Source: Eledone cirrhosa | Lineage: Eukaryota | Length of the DNA: 64,000 bases | Assembly (NCBI GenBank): GCA_964016885.1 | Contig: OZ024752.1 | Coordinates: forward strand, 27,342,001 to 27,406,000 | Direction of reading: 5' to 3' | In this document: positions 61,701 through 64,000 of the stretch, in pieces | How the letters are laid out: each line of letters starts with the position of its first letter | How positions within the stretch are numbered: the first letter of the stretch is position 1 | The notes under the pieces: model-generated | What the model was told of the DNA's origin: nothing | The model's database searches: none | Seen by the model: the letters and a program-made list of their open reading frames with translations, nothing else | Position numbers and translations under genes: made by a program

Positions 61701-63620
61701 TATCAACACACAAACTGTGGAACTAGTACCAAATTCGGCTATAAACACACAAACTGTGGAACTAGTACAAACTTCGGCTGTCAACACACAAATTGTAGAA
61801 CTAGTACCAACTTCGTGTATCAACACAGAAACTGTGGAACTAGTACCAACTTCGTCTATCAACACACAAACTGTGGAACTAGTACCAACTTCGCCTATCA
61901 ACACACAAACTGTGGAACTAGTACCAACTTCTTCTATCAACACACAAATTGTGGAACTAGTACCAACTTCGTGTATCAACACAGAAACTGTGGAACTAGT
62001 ACCAACTTCGTCTATCAACACACAAACTGTGGAACTAGTACCAACTTCGTCTATCAACACACGAACTGTGGAACTAGTACCAACTTCGGCTATCAACACA
62101 CAAACTGTGGAACTAGTACAGACTTCGTCTATCAACACACAAACTGTGGATCTAGTACCGACTTCGGCTATCAACACACAAACTGTGGAACTAGTACCAA
62201 CTTCGACTATCAACACACAAACTGTGGAACTAGTACCAAATTCTTCTATCAACACACAAACTGTGGAACTAGTACCAACTTCGACTATCAACACACGAAC
62301 TGTGGAACTAGTACCAACTTCGACTATCAACACACAAACTGTGGAACTAGTACCAACTTCTTCTATCAGCACACAAACTGTGCAACTAGTACCAACTTCG
62401 GCTATCAACACACAAACTGTGGAACTAGTACCAACTTCGTCTATCAACACACAAACTGTGCAACTAGTACCAACTTCTATCAACACACAAACTGTGCAAC
62501 TAGTATCAACTTCGGCTATCAACACACAAACTGTGGAACTAGTACCAACTTCTTCTATCAACACACAAACTGTGCAACTAGTACCAACTTCGGCTATCAA
62601 CACACAAACTGTGGACCTAGTACCAACTTCGTCTATCAACACACAAACTGTGGAACTAGTACCAGCTTCGGCTATCAACAGACAAACTCTGGAACTAGTA
62701 CCAAATTCGTCTATCAACACACAAACTGTGGAACTAGTACCAACTTCTTTATCAACACACAAACTGTGCAACTAGTACCAACTTCGGTTATCAACACACA
62801 AACTGAGGAACTAGTACCAACTACAGCTATCAACACACAATCTCTGGAACTAGTACCAGCTTCGTCTATCAACACACAAACCGTGGAACTAGTACACACT
62901 TCGTGTATCAACACACAAACTGTGGAACTAGTACCAACTTCGGCTATCAATACACAAACTGTGGAACTAGTACCAACTTCGGCTATCAACACACAAACTG
63001 TGAAACTAGTACCAACTTCGGCTATCAACACACGAACTGTGGACCTAGTGCCAACTTCGTCTATCAACACACAAACTGTGGAACTAGTACCAAATTCGTC
63101 TATCAACACACAAACTGTGGAACTAGTACAAACTTCGGCTGTCAACACACAAATTGTAGAACTAGTACCAACTTGGTGTATCAACACAGAAACTGTGGAA
63201 CTAGTACCAACTTCGTCTATCAACACACAAACTGTGAAACTAGTACCAACTTCGACTATCAACACACAAACTGAGGAACTAGTACCAACTACAGCTATCA
63301 ACACACAATCTCTGGAACTAGTACCAGCTTCGTCTATCAACACACAAACCGTGGAACTAGTACACACTTCGTGTATCAACACACAAGCTGTGAAACTAGT
63401 ACCAACTTCGGCTATCAACACACAAACTGTGGAACTAGTACCAACTACGGCTATCAACACACAAACTGTGGAACTAGTACCAACTTCGGCTATCAACACA
63501 CGAACTGTGGACCTAGTGCCAACTTCGTCTATCAACACACAAACTGTGGAACTAGTACCAAATTCGGCTATCAACACACAAACTGTGGAACTAGTACAAA
63601 CTTCGGCTGTCAACACACAA
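55300..63620 (+). repeat. Near-identical tandem duplication with 4164-bp (107-monomer) period
   Basis: Module ends 55616/59780, 56317/60481, 56860/61024 and 58611/62775 are all offset by 4164 = 107x39 - 4 (four 38-mers) - 2 (37-mer) - 3 (36-mer). Confidence 0.9.
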
Positions 63621-64000
63621 ATTGTAGAACTAGTACCAACTTCGTGTATCAACACAGAAACTGTGGAACTAGTACCTACTTCGTCTATCAACACACAAAC
63701 TGTGGAACTAGTACCAACTTCGTCTATCAACACACAAACTGTGGAACTAGTACCAACTTCTTCTATCAACACACAAATTGTGGAACTAGTACCAACTTCG
63801 TGTATCAACACACAAACTGTGGAACTAGTACCAACTTCGTCTATCAACACACAAACTGTGGAACTAGTACCAGCTTCGGCTATCAACAGACAAATTGTAG
63901 AACTAGTACCAACTTCGTCTATCAACACACAAACTGTGGAACTAGTACCAAATTCGTCTATCAACACACAAATTGTGGAACTAGTACCAACTTCGTTTAT

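Larger units (their letters stand above)
1..64000 (+). repeat. Tandem satellite array of a 39-bp monomer (consensus ACTGTGGAACTAGTACCAACTTCGTCTATCAACACACAA), about 1,640 copies, running off both window ends
   Basis: The monomer recurs every 39 bp throughout, with a few substitutions per copy and rare 36/37/38/40-bp variants. Orientation is uniform. The ORF track shows only 13-aa periodic translations. Consensus composition is A14 C11 G5 T9. Confidence 0.99.
43900..64000 (+). repeat. Array domain D: multi-kb near-identical duplications sharing a 701+543 bp module pair
   Basis: Markers include a 37-bp monomer (46677, 50261, 56605, 60769), ATCATCACA (47220, 50804, 57148, 61312), GAAGAA (47352, 50936, 57280, 61444) and TCGTGAATC (TGA at 44882, 48427, 53485, 54771). 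Confidence 0.75.

Noticed and set aside
680-62760. Programmed frameshifting or phase variation at TTCTTTATC joining the ORFs
   Set aside because: The site is not an X XXY YYZ slippery heptamer or a long homopolymer. Its distribution is explained by block duplication of one deletion.
6-62775. Giant Ser/Thr-rich mucin- or adhesin-like CDS (TVELVPTSSINTQ)n, ORFs up to 1705 aa
   Set aside because: There is no unique N- or C-terminus, signal peptide or splice context. Most starts are GTG codons internal to the repeat. About 60 frameshifting monomers and amplified stop codons interrupt the frame, and the commonest variants are non-synonymous.
1156-63274. Cys/His-containing repeat protein (YQHTNCGTSTNFV)n
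   Set aside because: This is an alternative frame of the same repeat. It is regularly terminated by the ACTGAG variant (TGA), even though some common variants are synonymous in this frame.
1-64000. CRISPR array (palindromic repeat in the 30-40 bp range)
   Set aside because: Monomers abut directly with no unique spacers, and there is no leader or cas gene.
1-64000. CENP-B box
   Set aside because: TTCG is present, but the downstream A and CGGG of NTTCGNNNNANNCGGGN are absent.
1-64000. RAG/Transib RSS heptamer (CACAGTT on the minus strand, 6/7 match to CACAGTG)
   Set aside because: There is no ACAAAAACC-like nonamer at 12- or 23-bp spacing, so this is a chance short match.
1-64000. Synthetic concatemer or rolling-circle/sequencing artefact
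   Set aside because: Variants are hierarchically shared among nested duplications with exact length arithmetic, which fits evolutionary descent and not random error. The copy number of individual blocks still needs read support.
1-64000. Embedded transposon, inversion or unique island
   Set aside because: None was seen. The 13-aa periodic minus-strand ORFs tile the window continuously, leaving no room for a sizeable non-repeat insert.

Overview
The whole 64 kb window is one uninterrupted head-to-tail tandem array of a 39-bp monomer, consensus ACTGTGGAACTAGTACCAACTTCG[T/G/A]CTATCAACACACAA (about 41% GC, about 1,640 copies by 64000/39). Every copy I read is on the same strand. I found no unique sequence, transposon insertion, inversion, RNA gene or credible protein-coding gene. 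The long ORFs in the track arise because the monomer is 13 codons long and stop-free in three frames, and they are broken by about 49 copies of a 38-bp frameshifting monomer and by recurrent stop variants. The best reading is satellite DNA, probably eukaryotic; the organism cannot be identified from this sequence. The real structure lies in the order of monomer variants: an old conserved cassette of variants, modules delimited by the 38-mer (for example 701, 467, 543, 1169 and 1403 bp), recent tandem duplications (507, 1286, 2142, 2845, ~3.6-3.7 kb, 4164 bp) and about four domains with private markers. I cannot support a new gene-based system here. Coordinates of sub-blocks were read by eye and their edges are approximate.
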